Assembly: GCF_009914755.1 (NCBI RefSeq)
Contig: NC_060931.1
Reading direction: 5' to 3' (one strand)
DNA: 64,000 nt
Origin: the human T2T-CHM13v2.0 reference genome, Homo sapiens
Under the pieces are notes generated by a model. That model was given only the letters and a program-made list of their open reading frames with translations, was not told where the DNA came from and did not search any database. Shown here piece after piece: positions 27,261 to 42,420 of the stretch; within the stretch, counting starts at the first letter, position 1, and every line of letters starts with the position of its first letter. A program made the position numbers and the translations under genes.

Positions 27261-29332
27261 TAGAGTGGATGGATGGAAATATGTGAAATCACCATGCCTC
27301 TTTACCACTCTGAGTTTGTTTCTCTACCTGTGGAGTCAAAGGTTTTGGACTTAGCAATATCTATCTTTCCTTCCAACATTGACCTATTCATTCATAGATA
27401 TAGAAGGTATTTCAACAGTGAGACAGTGTGACGCTACCTCTAGTAACCATTCAGAAGAACTCAAAGTACACTTTGTGTATTTGTTTTACATCCAGAAACA
27501 TTGGATCAAATGAAACTTAATTACTCATAGTCTTCAAAAACAGGTTTTATATTTTAAGTGACCGAGAGTGGCAATAGGGCAGTATTTATTGATTTGTTCA
27601 TTTTTAACTTGCCATTAAATTTCTCACCAAAGATATTTTAAAAGGCAGATATGCTGCTGCTATGTTCTGTTTGTAAAGCAAATTTGGTGGGCTTCATGGT
27701 CAATGCATTGCGGTGATATTATGCTTGATCACTTCCCTACACCACCCGTGGAGCTATCATAGAAAATATGCATATAAAGAAAGGAAGAAAAGAGACACAC
27801 ATAAGTTTAACTTCAACTAATCTGTTACATTGAATAGTTAAGAGTCCTAGATCGAAATCAGAAAAGCAACACAATAACCTCCTCTACACCACTGTTACTT
27901 CTGTAAAACCTCACTTTGCAGGACTACTTTTTCCATCTCTGTGGACATAATTTGGGGTAGGTTCTACTTACTCTTTGGTTACTCTCAGATAATAAAAAGT
28001 CCTCCAATGTCATGTAATTGCAAAATAGTCTCAGTTCAGTGATTGATATGTCCAGTGTTACGTCACAATCTAAGCCTTAGTTTAGATAGTTTCTCCAGTC
28101 CACACTAAGGCGATGACAGGAGTGGTTGGCTTTTCCCCTCTGTCCTTGCTGATTGCTTTTACCACTATAACATGTTTTTCTAACCAATGCTGCTTTGGGC
28201 CCATCCAGAGAAGAATAGGGAGTGGTGAAAGGAGGGAGGAGAGGAAAGGGAATAGGCAAATTACTTTTCCACCAATATAATGGTGAGTTCCAGTGCTTTC
28301 TGGGCTCCGCCAGAGTTGAAGCTGACTTTTTCTGTCATAGTGTGCACTTATGGGTTCTTTGCAATCTCCCTCATTATATTTGAATAAATAAATACCGTTC
28401 TCTCCTTGCTGGTCACTTATGACTTCCTTCTTAGCTGCTAGACATCTCACGGTAGCCCTTCCACATCATCTCGCAGGCCCCTCAGTCCTCTAAGGGGCCC
28501 TCTGGAGTAGAAGCTCAGGGGAGCCCTGACTACTCTCTCATCTAATCCATTTCCAGGCCAGGGAAAACACTCATGCATATTTTGGTCTGACAAATTCTGG
28601 CAACACAAGTCCATCCCATTTCAGTTTTATCTCCTTTGCAGCTAGCCATTTCTGTGCTCACACCTTTATTTTACTCATCTTTGTTGGAGAGCAGGCTATG
28701 CAGTGTGCTAAGGTCCTGGCACCAGATATGCCTCCTCTGGGTGATTCCACTGATGTTTCTAACACAAAACAAAAGTCAAATTCGCCCACCCTCCATACAC
28801 ACTCATAAATGCACTCCAACCTGGGGGAAGTGCAAGACTCCCTGCACACAGATAGTGCTCTCCTAATACACTTTCCTAACCTTAAATTATTTGCTCAAGC
28901 TTTCCAAACTATTTTATAAGGTGGAGATCAGATATGACTGAAAGAACTAATTTTCAGGCACTTTCTTTTCATGAAAGGAACATTACTGTCTGATACCTGA
29001 CTCAGAATACATCAGCTAAAACTCAGCAAAAACTGTGACTAAAATAGTTATGATTCTATTTTAAATGTGCTATTGTAGAAAGGTACCATGATAAAAGATG
29101 CAAAACCATGAGTAGGAGTTGAAGTCTGAGGCTGGGTGAATTTCAGAACCAGAAGCAGGCGTGACAGATGAGACTGCAGATCCCCAAACGGGAGACAGCC
29201 TAAGGTCAGACCCTGGAGAGTGAAGACTAGAGCTGAGAGGCAGAGACTGGAATGGAGCAGCCCCCTAACTGGGGGAAGCTAACATGGTTTAGGAAAAAAC
29301 ATTTGCCATGTGGGAAATAAGAGGATGTAAAT

Positions 29333-29479
29333 CGCGGTGTGCTGGTAGCCAGCACTGGCCCCGGGGAGCAGATGTTCTCTGTGGATGGAGTATTTACAGC
29401 ATGGAAACCAGCGAACTCTTCAAATCAGGGCTTTTCACCATGATAACGAGCTGTTAAATATTTACCAGCATAACAATGG
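29333..29479 (+). mobile_element. MER63-like hAT MITE remnant
   Basis: cggtgtgctggtag ... caaatcagggctttt ... gttaaatatttaccagcataacaatg; degenerate terminal inverted repeats. Confidence 0.55.
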
Positions 29480-29499
29480 CTACGAGCCTGTATACAATT

Positions 29500-29830
29500 T
29501 AAAACCTGGAAGTGGTGCTTTAATACCAGACAAAGTAGAATTTAAAGCAAAAGATGATAGAGAAATATGGGTACTGTAATAAAGATACATGAGGCAACCC
29601 AACAAGAGGGACTAGAAGTTGTAACTTATGTATTTACAGGAAATACATAGGCAAAAGTCTATCCTAATACAAGAAAAAATAAGAATTCCACAGCAACGAG
29701 GGGAAAATTTTAATAAATTTCTCTTAGACATTGATCAATCGAGTAGGCAAAGCACTAGGAAGAACATAGACTCTTTGACGAAGAGAATTAAAGGGTTTAA
29801 TTTAATGGAAATTCATATACATATACACAT
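29500..29830 (+). mobile_element. Ancient L1 ORF2 endonuclease-domain fragment
   Basis: Translations LIPDKVEFKAK and GENFNKFLLDIDQSSRQSTRKNIDSL align to L1 EN motifs (compare [25 protein letters not shown] in the 3162..3887 ORF). Confidence 0.7.
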
Positions 29831-30132
29831 ACATATTCTGCTACAAAAATCTAAAAATCAGAGCATTTTAATGTTCAATATTGAGGATTATAATGTATGC
29901 ATTAGTGGTGGTGATGATTAAATTGCCACTCTTTCTCTATGTATACATATGCTATTACATTTCCAGCTATAAAAAAATAAAAACAATGTGAAGGTGATTA
30001 TTATTTTTAATATGTGTTTCCATTTTCTAAGGATGTGACTGAATTATTTCATTGTGTGTCTTATGGTTGTAAACATTCATATTCTGTAGTGAAAGCATCA
30101 GGCCTTAAGGCTCATTTTAAAACATACAAAGA

Positions 30133-30475
<343 letters not shown>

Positions 30476-32249
30476 TCATGCAAAACTAATTGAACTTTTT
30501 AAAGAAAGTAGAAAGATTTTCTAGTGTCCTGGAAATGAATGCTCAGTGTGACAGAATCCGAACATGGAAAAACCATGAAGCCTTAATTATACTTTCATAT
30601 TTAGTTTCAAGGGCCAGAGATGCCAAAATAATTGGAAAGACACATAGCAAAAATTATAAGAAATGGTAAAACTTATAATTATGAACAAAGCAATAAATTG
30701 ATTGTTAAGATACCTCTGTCAGAAACCGCTATGCATAATAGGGTTAGAAATTCAGCCAAAATATATAAACTTGTAATTTCTGTTTTTTTTTTTCTTTTTG
30801 AATCAATAGCTTCCATTGTACATGGATGAAACTACCATTATTGTGAAGCAAATCTTTTGGTGTTTATCAGCTTGGAGGTGTAAAGAAAAGCCCTGAGCAT
30901 ATAGTACTTTTTCAACATTTGCCAATTTGTAGAAATAAAATGAGATTTGTGAACAGTAAAACACACAATAAGCAATGCACTTGTGTAAATAAGAATAATG
31001 CAAATGCAACGATGTGTCAAATCTGAGACTTTCATCCATGTACCATAGTGTAATATAAAAAGGGTACTCCAGTTGATCGTGTGTGAACACTCTGGAGATA
31101 TACTGATGAAAGCTAGATAATTGCCAGCCATATTAAGAGCAGGATATTGAAAATTTTTACTTTTTCTCAGCTTTATATAAATAAGTGGGTAGAGACTAAA
31201 TTGATTATTGTTTTATTATGAAGCTCATTGATTTACTAAGAGAAATTCTCTTATTTTATTTACATTGTAAGAACTTCCATTATTTTATTAAACCTTTCAG
31301 TATGAATGATAGGATAGATCATTTTAAGAAGGCAGCATCTTGAAATAAAAATCTGTGCACCAAAAGTCATTTCTATTATTTTGTTACAGTAGTTTGTGTC
31401 AGTGTTCACACCTCTCAAGAAATTCATTAAATGTTTTTGTGTTTCCCTAAGTTACATATCTGAGTCTGGATTCTTTCAGTGCAAATAAACATCAGAAAAT
31501 TTCAAAAAAGAATTTTCTTTTAGACAGTTCACCATGGCATATTTAACTAAGCAATATTGAGCCAAATATCTTTTTATTACTGAATCATCACAAATATTTC
31601 AAAAGTTCTCATTAAAGAACTTATTTTCCAATGAGCATTTTCACAATCATTTTAACGTGTTCTACAATTTATAGTCTGCTTTTATTTTACAATTAAATTT
31701 TTAATTTAATAAGGTTGTTTTGTCACCTTCTATTTATAGCAAGTGTTACTGGTTTTCCATTAAGGTTAATATATAAAACTTTCATTTAAAGTATGTCTTG
31801 TAACTAAAATTGAGTCAATATAAGAAAAGTAATATTAAGTAGGGTATAATATATCTTGTTGACAGTTATTACAAGATGGTATAATTGGTAAATAAATAAA
31901 TGAAATTTGGAAAGCATTTTGCCATATAATAAAGAGTCTTAAAATATTCTAGTGTTCTATCACATAAGAAACTGTGCAAGAAAGAAGATAAAGGAGAACT
32001 TAAAAAAATTGAAACTTAATATTTGAATCTATGTTGGGTGCCATAATTTGTATTTTGCATAAGCCGTTTTATTTAATTCCTATGAAAATTTGTTATTTGG
32101 TTTTGTACCTTTAGTTTTAAGATGAGATAATAAAGGCCGTGGCTGACCACTTAATTATTAAGCTCCATCAATAATAAATGCTATGAAAGGCATTTGCACT
32201 CCAGTCTGTCCCACTGTATAGAGTGCTATTTGAGGTGCACACATGGAAT

Positions 32250-32978
32250 CAGACATTCCACAGAAACAATATGTCCCTTCCTCCAAGGCACCCAGAGAAG
32301 AGATGCACACAATAAAAAAATGATGTTTCAGAAATACAGTGTGATTTCTGCATAGAAGCATAAAAAGGTGGATTTGCTCTGGGGACCAAGAAGTCATGAA
32401 AGGGGAAGTGCCAATCGCTCTGTGACCTGCAGAAAGAACTGGAGCACTCAGGTTGAAAAAAAAGATGAAGTTAGTCCAAGCCAAGAGATGAGCAGATGAA
32501 AGGAAGGAAAGGGTACAACATAACGGTCTAACAAAGCAATTGCCAAAGTAAGTTTGGATGCTTCCAAATGAAATCATAAAATTTCTGCAGCAGAATACTG
32601 CAGCGGAGTCCTTTGCTGCTCGCTGAAGATTCACGTTGTCTTTTCTGCCATGTGCCTGGGAGTCCAGGGACTGGTTTGCCCAATTAGACAAGTGTAGCAA
32701 GTGTGCAGTTTCCAGGCTGATGAACAGAAGAGGATGCATTGTCCTTCCTGGGGTTCTCTCTGTCCTGGTGTGACAACACATACAAGACCTGTATCGTGAT
32801 GGCAATGTCCAAAAAGCCCAATATTTCCGTCCTCCTTACTTAACCAGATTTGCTATGGATGGTACAACACCTGCTTTAGGAACTGAAGATAAATTTACTT
32901 TTAGTGTATTAGGCCACTGAGATTTAGGGGTTAATTTTTTGGTATAACAAAGCATAGACATTCAAGTGCAAATAATAC
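32250..32978 (+). mobile_element. Old MLT1 (MaLR) LTR
   Basis: 3' end ttaggccactgagatttaggggtt...aacaaagcatagac...aataca; 5' boundary uncertain. Confidence 0.55.
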
Positions 32979-34621
32979 AAATGTAATGAATACAATTATA
33001 ACTGAGAAGATAAGCTGGAAAAATCATTGCAAATGTGACAGAAAATGGCTAAAATCAATAACCTGAAAAGTTCAGACAAACCATTTAGAAAATGATTAAT
33101 TCCATAACAGACAAAAGTCTCAAAACATGATGATATGTAACATAAATAACTTCAAATTATACAAATAGATGGCTTTTTTTATTAGTAATTACAGAAATGT
33201 AGATGAAAACAATGACAACACATTAACCACTTTTGCTTCAAAACTGTCTAAAGTTCCAAATGATAATGCCAAGGACTGAAAGAACACAGCGCAGCACACT
33301 GCAGCGGCATTCTCTGGTCTGCGGTTGTGTAGACGCTCTTCACTTTCTCCCTTGGACTTTTGGACCCTTTCCACATTCTTTTGAGTAGTATATAATGATT
33401 TTGTTATCAGAAAACGATTAACATCTAAAAACTGAAATCAGAAAAAGGATAGAGTATTTAGGATAATATTCAACTAATACCCATGTACTGAAAGCTAGTA
33501 TGAGCACAAAGACATTTAAGAAACTCATATATATATGTGGGTGTGGGTGTATGTGTGTATACACACATTTTAATATACTTCAAAAGCACCTGTAAATCTC
33601 AAACCATCATTAATAAACAGAAAAGTACAAAATATTTTGTAAAAAAAAAGTATTCAAAAATTATTTTTAGTAATTTATAAATAGCTAAATGTCTAGAAAG
33701 TGAAATGGATGAATAAGTCTTTAGTGTGTTAGATCGCTGAGATTTAGAGGTTGATTTGTTACCATAGAAAAGCATAGACATTCTGACTAACACAAATACT
33801 AGGACTAAACCGCGTTGCTGCTGTAAAGGAAACAGCCCTGCCCTGGGGTTCAGATCTGGGGACACTGCCAAGCCTAGGGGTTAGGTGGCATGGGGACTCT
33901 GTGTCTGGCAGGCAGAGCCGGGCCTGAGGAGCTCGCAGCCAAGACCTTCACCAGCAACCATTCCTGCTGTGCCCTGAGGCGTTGGAAACATTCCACAGAG
34001 TAACAGGGCAGCTATTCTTTAGTAACAAAAATGTGTCTACTGAGATGAGAGAAAGCGTAATAAATCTTCATATCTGCCATCAAAACAGGACCAGAAGAGA
34101 GAAGTCATGTCTTGAGTGAACCTTACACACTGAAAATGTCACAAGGAAGTTTTTTAGTATCTGTGGATGCTGTAAAAACAGATTAAATTCTAGCAAAAGA
34201 GATATCATTACAAATCTTATAAAAAAAGATCAAGATGAATACAGTGCTGTGTCTATAATTCCAACCTCTCAGGGTTCAGCTGGGAACATTAAACAGGAGC
34301 GAAGCATCCACAGCTGACAGCAAGGAAAAGTCTCAAAGGGAATCTTTGTCTTCTGGGTATCACATGTTTAAAAGTCTCTTCCATCCAAAGAAAACTACAC
34401 CAAGGCAGCCTTTACCTGCACACTTCAACAAGTCTCCTGTTGTGTCTGTTTTGTGTTTCTCATCTATGGGGAAACCCTGAGCTAAACACTCAGCATTTTT
34501 ATTCATCTAAATCCTAAATGCATATTGGATGGTGAGAAAGCTTCTGTCTGATGAAGAAACAAAACAAGACATCTGTTCAAGAACCACGCTGATTAAACTT
34601 CCAAAGTGTAGCTGTTGACCA

Positions 34622-34939
34622 CAGGGGTTAGAAAGCTACCAGCTTATGGGCAAAATCCAATACACCACCTGTTTTTGTACCATGAGTTAAGAATGACTTT
34701 TGCTTTTTAAAACAGGTAAAAGCAAAACAAAATAAAAGAGGAATATTATTTCGTGACATGTGAAAACTATGTAGAAATCAAATGTAAGAGTCCGTAAATG
34801 AAGCCTTCTTGAAACACAGTCATGCCATCTGCTGACTGTGGCTTCTTGCGCCTTGTGGTGTGAAAGTGAGATGATTTGGCCCATAAAGCTGAAATTATTT
34901 ACTATCTGGCCCTTTATAGAAAACATTTGCTGAACTCTG
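34622..34939 (+). mobile_element. MER58B (hAT-Charlie MITE)
   Basis: caggggttagaaagcta...gagttaagaatg...tttactatctggccctttatagaaaacatttgctgaactctg. Confidence 0.85.
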
Positions 34940-35505
34940 GTCTATATCATCTTATCTGCAAATACCTTTCATTCCACAAATTTTTTTCTGTTTGTAAAAT
35001 ACAAAAAAGTACAGGCTTCCTAAATTTGGGCATCTTACTTAATTTAAAAATAGAAATTAGAAGATCTTGATAAAATCAAGTCAAATTAGCATCTATTGCT
35101 AGAAAATAACAACAGAAGATAGTTAAATGAAAAGGTGATAAAACCAAGTGCCATGTCAGTCAGTGCAAGCAAGGCGTGAACTAGATGGAATATTGCCTTG
35201 CAACATGATGTGGCCCCTGACCTTACCTATGTCCAAATCGCTAAAGTTATATTGAAAAGAGAGGGTCAGTAAAAGACAATTTCTCATTGATATTAAGCAC
35301 ATCATGGGGGAGAAACAGACTAAGGAATGGTGAAGTGGGTTGGAGAAAATAATGATGCCCACCACAGTAAATGGAGATTTTAGTCGAGGCAGAATGGGCC
35401 ATCAGGGAGTCCATCTTTGCCCAATCCATCTGATTTGGAGGAATAATCCCGTGGGAGCAGAATTCATCTCTAGGTGGATAAAAAGGACATTAAAGAAGCA
35501 GACCC

Positions 35506-35870
<365 letters not shown>

Positions 35871-36511
35871 TCATTCTTGCCTCAGAATTTCTTACAGATC
35901 ACTCAATGCCAGAAGAGTAGAGAATCACCTTTACGAAGAAACTCAGGAAATCAAATTTAATCTAATAATATTTATAACCAGTCACGTTGCTATATACCTC
36001 AAAGAAAAAAACAAGCAACAATAGCCAAATAAATCCAGCAAAATGGTACTCAGTTCCACTTCTTTAAAACAAAATAAACAAAAGATAATTAAACAACAAC
36101 CCAAACATCCAGCCAATACAAAGTAAATCACAGGAAAATCTCAGGGATGGAGAAACTTTGGCAGAATGATCTAGGTGATCAGCATTGAGTTTATTTAACC
36201 ATATTATCAAGACTACACAGCTAGAATGAAGTGTTCGGGCTTGAAGGTAAAGTTGTAATCTTATAAAAGTAAAATAATGAAAAACAGAGTTAACATGTGA
36301 AGAAGAAACAGTGCAGCCAAATTGAAGCATAGTTATGCAGTATTTAAGCAGCAGATCTTAATAATACTATAAGTAATTTGGAATGTTATAGAAAATGCTT
36401 TTACCACAACTCTTGTGGCTATATGTGCCTTTGTTGCTCTTATCTGGATTGTGGAAGCCAGTACGTTTTAAACATTCCTCCCAAATTTGTACCTTAAATG
36501 TCTCTGTAATG

Positions 36512-36636
36512 GGACCAGGATGGTGACTCATACCTGTAATACCAGCAACTTCAGAGGCCAACGCAGAGGATAGTTTGAGTCCAGCCTGGGCAACATAGCA
36601 AGACCTTGCAAAAAATTTACAAAGTAAATAAATAAA
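36512..36636 (+). mobile_element. FLAM / free left Alu monomer
   Basis: Single monomer with A-rich tail; TSD taaat(g/t)tctctgt. Confidence 0.8.
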
Positions 36637-36764
36637 TTTCTCTGTGACATTCATGTAGAATAATTATAATCGCGTAAGTCTAATTTTAAAATAGTGGTAA
36701 TACTTTTGAAACACACAGATAAGAAAATTAAAAAGCAACTTCAAACATATATTAAAAATCATAA

Positions 36765-37077
36765 ATCTGGGTGTGGTAGCTAACAGCTTTAATCCCAGGA
36801 CTTTGGGAAGCCAAGATGGGAGAATTACTTGAGCCCAGGAGTTCAAGATCAGCCTGGACAGCATAGCAAGACCCTGTCTCTGCAAAAAAAATTAAAATTA
36901 GCCAGGCATTGTAGTGTAAGCCCATAGTTCAACCTACTTAGGAGACTGAGGCAGGAGTTATCAACTGAGCCCGGAAATCCAAGGGTGCAGTGAGTTATGA
37001 TCATACCACTATAATCCAGCCTGGACACCAGAGCAAGACTCTGTCTCTAAAATAATAGTAGTAATAATAATAATAGT
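36765..37077 (+). mobile_element. AluJ
   Basis: acttgagcccaggagttc and gcaagaccctgtctc J-type diagnostics; (AAT/AGT)n tail. Confidence 0.92.
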
Positions 37078-39402
37078 AAAAACACAGACAGAAAGGGAAA
37101 AATTCTCTAAAAATTGGTTTCACACGTTTGTTTGTGCAAAAGTTATGGTACAGAGGTGATTTTTACTCTAATAATTATGTTTTAAGGAGTTAAAATGTAC
37201 TTTCACTTTTATTTCCACTTCACAATTACTATTGAGTAATCTGAGAAAATTCCAAAAATAGAAGTAAAGAAAAAAATATCGAATATTAAGCACACCAAGA
37301 CAAGCCACCAGAGTGAAAATAGTGGTCCCTATATCTGCCATCTCAACCACAGATAGTTTTCTTTTGAGTAGAATAATAGATTTTTTCTAGCAATTTTTTA
37401 GTATCTTTTCAAATCCAGAAATACTCTTCTGTAACTATCCTTTTAATATTTGAATAGAAACCAGTCTTTTGAATATCAATTTGTTTTTTTATACTGTTAG
37501 CAATTTAAACTATTTTCACATTTTCTTACCCTTGCTATTGTAGCACTGTATTTCTTTGTTAATCCCTGAAATATCTATTTCCCATCTAATATATCCCAGC
37601 TGTTTTTTAAATACTAGCGCTACAATGATGAAGAAGACACAAGCATGGCCCTGAGGACCTTCTAGCACAGTAGTTAATTAAACGCAGAAAACGGAATGGT
37701 GTGAGAAGGGCCTCCGTAGAATTTTGAAACCAAGAATCAGAGATTTTTTTTTTCGTGTGTTTTTACCTTTAAAACCTGTAAGCTAGTCCTGCAATGGCAA
37801 TGCCATAAGGGGCTGAAAACACTGGAATTCACTGGTGAATGGATACAAGAATAAATGTATAAATGAATGATGGGGGCAATATAAAGTGCTGGGAGCAGTC
37901 ATTTGCTTGTTTGTTTTCATATTCAGAAATTTATATTTGCTACTTTTATTTGAATATTGTTCCATTAAATTTCTTCTCCTCCCTCTCCTTCTTCACTTTG
38001 TTTCTCCTCTTCTCCTTCCTTCTTCATTCTGATAACTGGCTGATTTATTTCTTTTCATGAACTGTAAGGTCACATGTTTTCCCATTATCCTACTGGGCTT
38101 TTATCACAATATCAGTGTTTTGTTAGGATCTTCACGCAACATATTAATCACTTCTCTGAAAATATTTGTGCTATAGTGTGTCCTTTCACTTTAAACATGT
38201 TTCTTCATCAATTTTTTATACAGATTTTTTAACATTCTATTCAGTCAGTGGAAGAAAAATTAAAATCTCGTGGAGGCTATCAAACATTTCTGTAATATTT
38301 GCCATGATGTCACGCTGAAAAAAATCCTTTTTTACCACAAGTTTTCGTAAACGTGGATCTATTACCTCCATGATTTATTTTTATATTAAATTTTATGATT
38401 AGTTTTGAAATTTTAGAATAAACTAGATATCTAATTCCAACCATTTCTGAAATCTTAACCAATTAGTGGAGTGTGATTAAGAAACGAAAGCATCTAATTT
38501 CTCTATGGAATGCCGCTTTGTCTCTCCATCCTTCCATCTGTCATTTATCTCTGTCTGTCTCACTCTAGTGGACAGTACTTGTGCATTGGAAAACTATTAC
38601 ACCTTAAAATATTAATTTACTTTTGTGGTTAGTCAATTTACTGAAGACTTACATTCATTTTTATAGATTTTCATATGTCTTTCACGAAGTCAACAAAATT
38701 ATATAAAAACAATATTTCTCTTTTTCCTTCTGACAGTTGCATCAAATGTTTTCATTGACTGATATTTATAGTAATTAGAAGTTCTTCAACAATACTGATA
38801 GTTTTGCTGATAAATATGCATTTTTAATTGCTTATTTTAATAATTATAGGTCTACTTTTATACTTAAATAAGATACTAGCATTTGACTTAAATATCCTTT
38901 ATTATCCTAAAGAATTATTATTTCCAGTTTCCTAAAGCTTAACATATTTAACATCGCATTTAAAATTGAAGGTTCAATTTTAATTTCTTTTTTGCAATTG
39001 CTATAGCATTTAGTAGAAAAATATTTATGATTTGAATGACTTTATTGTCAATTGTGTCTATAAAACATTAATATCCTCTGTGCCTCATTTAATGTTTCAG
39101 AATGAGTTCTTTTTTTACAATATTTGCTGGTGATGTCTTAAATATTTTGTGTCACTGTTACAGACTCTCTTTAGTTAACTTGTTTAGCTCTCTTTAGAGC
39201 TAAAAGTGTTGTGTTTTAATGCAATTCAATAATCTCTGTCAATTCGTAAGAATAGAGCATTTTAATTGATTTAAATGTACTCTCATAATTAAATAATATT
39301 CTCATTTTTGTCATTTTGCTTCATGCTTTTTTATGCTTTTAGGCTATATTTCTGTTTTGTTAGTTCAATACACATTTTTATTTGCATATTTTCATATGTA
39401 TA

Positions 39403-40002
39403 CGTAAAGGCCAAGGGAAACCCTTGGCATTCTGAAGTTTCTCTGAAAAATTAACTCAGAAAAAGGCATATTAATTGGAGAAAAGGCATTCAGATTTATT
39501 TAATTTGTATACACGGGAGTCTTCGGAATGAAGGCACAAAGGCACAGGGGAAATCGTCCATTTTTATGCTTAGGTTTAACAAATGTGGAGATCTGTGTAG
39601 AAATGTGATTGGACAAAAAACGATATAATGTGATACTTGTAGACAGACTGGGGAGACCCAGCAAGGCCACCTGGATTCTTTGAGCCTCCAGAGTATGTAC
39701 TCCTTTCTTCTGGACATATGGTAAGGCAGTCTCTGCAATGTGGGGATCTTATGATGTACAGTCAAAAATCATGGGTGAGATAATTTCTTGATGGACAGTT
39801 TTTACACAGATACGACAGAGGAAATCTTAGAGTAATATTTTTAGGCTTTATGGTTGGCTTTGGGGAAAGGAATTCTGGTTTCCAGGGCTTGCCTTAGGGG
39901 AAAATGGAGCTAAGGAACAGGAGGCAGGAGGGCAGAGAAAAACTCTTGCTTGTGACTGCTGCTAAGGCCTTCATTATGCATACTGTTTTCTGAGCCAAAA
40001 CA
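39403..40002 (-). mobile_element. Solo ERV1 LTR (MER39/MER39B-like)
   Basis: Minus strand starts tgttttggctcagaaaacag; 4-bp TSD TATA at 39399-39402 and 40003-40006. Confidence 0.8.
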
Positions 40003-40071
40003 TATACATATGTTTTTAGCAACCTCTTCATAATAGCTGAACACTGGAAATACAGGAATATCAGCTGATAG

Positions 40072-40734
40072 TGGGTCCGGAATTTATTCCTTCCGGTGGG
40101 TTCTTGGTCTTGCTGACTTCCAGAATGAAGCCACAGACCCTTGCAGTGAGTGTTATAGCTCTTAAAGACGGTATGTCCTAAGTTTATTCCTTCAGATGTT
40201 CAGGTGTGTCCGGAGTTTCTTCTTCTGGTGGGTTCGCAAGACCTCAGGAGTGAAGCCACAGACCTTCGCGGTGAGTGTTACAGCTCTTAAAGGTGGCTCA
40301 TCTGGAGTCGTTTGTTTCTCCCAGTGGGTTCATGGTCTCGCTGACTTCAGGAGTGAAGCGGCAGACCCTCAGACCTTCGCGGTGAGTGTTACAGCTCATA
40401 AAGGTAGTGCAGACCCAAAGACTGAGCAGCAGCAAGATTTATTGTAAAGAGCAAAAGAACAATCCTTCCACAGCCTGGAAGAAGACCCCAGTGGGTTTCT
40501 ACTGCTGGCTTGGGTGGCCAGCTTTTATTCCCTTATTTGACCCCACCCACCTCCTGCTGATTGGTCCATTTTACAGAGTGCTGATTGGTCCATTTTACAG
40601 AGTGCTGATTGGTGCATTTACAATCCTTTAGCTAGACACAGAGTGTTGATTGGTGAGTTTACAATTGTTTGGCTAGACACAAAAATTCTCCAACTCCCCA
40701 CTTGACCCAGAAGCCCAGCTGGCTTCACCTCTCA
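40072..40734 (-). mobile_element. LTR12 (ERV9) solo LTR, short variant
   Basis: Minus start TGAGAGGTGAAGCCAGCTGG; tandem CCAAT repeats 40555-40655; U5 gtgagtgttacagctc repeats; 4-bp TSD ATAG at 40068-40071 and 40735-40738. Confidence 0.95.
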
Positions 40735-41087
40735 ATAGCAGAAGGGTTGAGAAAATTGCAGCATATTCAGGCAATGTTATACTGAAAGAAATGAAACTGG
40801 AAAATAATTATCTAGGCCACACAAGTTAATAAAAACTACTTATTTCCTTTCAATATATTCCATAATTGTTGGTTGATACATATTGTTGCTTCATATTTGT
40901 CTTTTATCTTTCTTCTTAAATTTATTGATATTCTTATGATTTTGTAAAGGTAACAAATAGTGTCCTACTATACACATTGGAATAGGATTTATTTAATGCC
41001 TGCCACCTTGTGGTTTTAATATATATTAATATTTTCTAGTTAGTAATAAACTTCATATTTTAATTTTTATGACCACTCCTCCTCATG

Positions 41088-41290
41088 ACAATAACAATAA
41101 TAATAATAATAATAATAATACCTTCACAGTGTTTCCTGTATAGCAGACCTCTTACAAAATTGATACAGATGATCCTTCTCAAAACTCTACTCAGTAAGGA
41201 TACGTTTATCCCCCTTTACAAATGAGGCTACTAAGGACAGAGAGGTTAAATAACTTGACAAAATTACACAGTGAGCAGGGATGGAACTAG
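41088..41290 (-). mobile_element. MIR with (AAT)n microsatellite at its end
   Basis: (AAT)n at 41090-41120; ccctttacaaatgaggctactaaggacagagaggttaaataacttg core. Confidence 0.7.
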
Positions 41291-41845
41291 TTGCTAGAGA
41301 TGTAACTTATGATAATTAAGCGAAGATGTTTATAAAGCACTTTAATAATCAAAATGGTGGATTATTTTGTCTGGCAGATGATCTATAATGGTCTTATTGC
41401 CATTCCAAATAATTTCCTACAGTTTTGTGTCACCCTGAAGCTAATGTTGCTCTATCTTAGAACCTATCTACAAATAAACCTGTTTGCCTTCAATATCTCT
41501 GTTAAAGAGTCATTATTATATTAAACTCCTCTGCATTATACTATGCAAATTCTAAATGCACTTCCCACATAGTGGTGAAAGTAATTTGTTTTTATGGTTG
41601 CTTAGATTTGAAACATAAAGTGTATTATTTTATTAATCCTCATAATATCTCCATGAGAAAATTAAAAATGTTATCTGTAGTATATTCAGGAAAATATTTG
41701 TATAAATAAATGTTATCTAAAATCCTCAGTAGATAAAAACATTTAGAAATTGGAAACGGTTTATTTTCCATTCATAAGAGAATTGTAGAAGTTGGATATC
41801 AAGGGAATATTGTTATGACTAAAGATGTATTTATCAACCAGACTG

Positions 41846-41861
41846 TTTTATTTTTTAATAT

Positions 41862-41892
<31 letters not shown>

Positions 41893-42188
41893 TTTTTCAG
41901 ATGGAATCTTGCTCTGTTGCCCAGGCTGGAGTGCAGTGGCACAATCTCAGCTCACTGCAAACTCTGCCTCCCAGGTTAAAGCGATTCTCCTGCCTCAGCC
42001 TCCCAAGTAGCTGTTACTACAGCTGTGCTCCACCAGACCCAGCTAATTTTTGTATTTTTGGTAGAGATGAGGTTTCACCATGTTGGCCAGGCTGCTCTTG
42101 AACTCCTAACCTTAGGTGTTAGGAGTGATCCAACCACCTTGGCCTCCCAAAGTGCTGGGATTACAAGCATGAACCAATGTGCCTGGCC
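41846..42188 (-). mobile_element. AluS with (TTTA)n tail
   Basis: Full dimer; small insertion near 42115-42125. Confidence 0.94.
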
Positions 42189-42420
42189 TCAGATTGTTAG
42201 TTTTAGATATTCATCTATGAAACAAATATTTATCTGTAAGCAAAAATCTCTGCTCTTATGGAATGTATAACTTAGTTGGGGAGACAGACAATAAACAAAT
42301 AGACACTTACATACTTAATACATTGGATGAGTTATATGAAGAAAACTCAAAGAGGAGAGGAGGAGATGTGACATGAGCAACTATGATAAAAATGTTCAAC
42401 TTGTGCATATATGGGTGTAC

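Noticed and set aside
27890-28464. Possible ancient LTR ending AATAAA...TTCCACA
   Set aside because: No family match or TSD that I can support
32158-32805. 215-aa ORF as a host gene
   Set aside because: Non-ATG start, overlaps a probable MLT1 LTR, no recognisable domain
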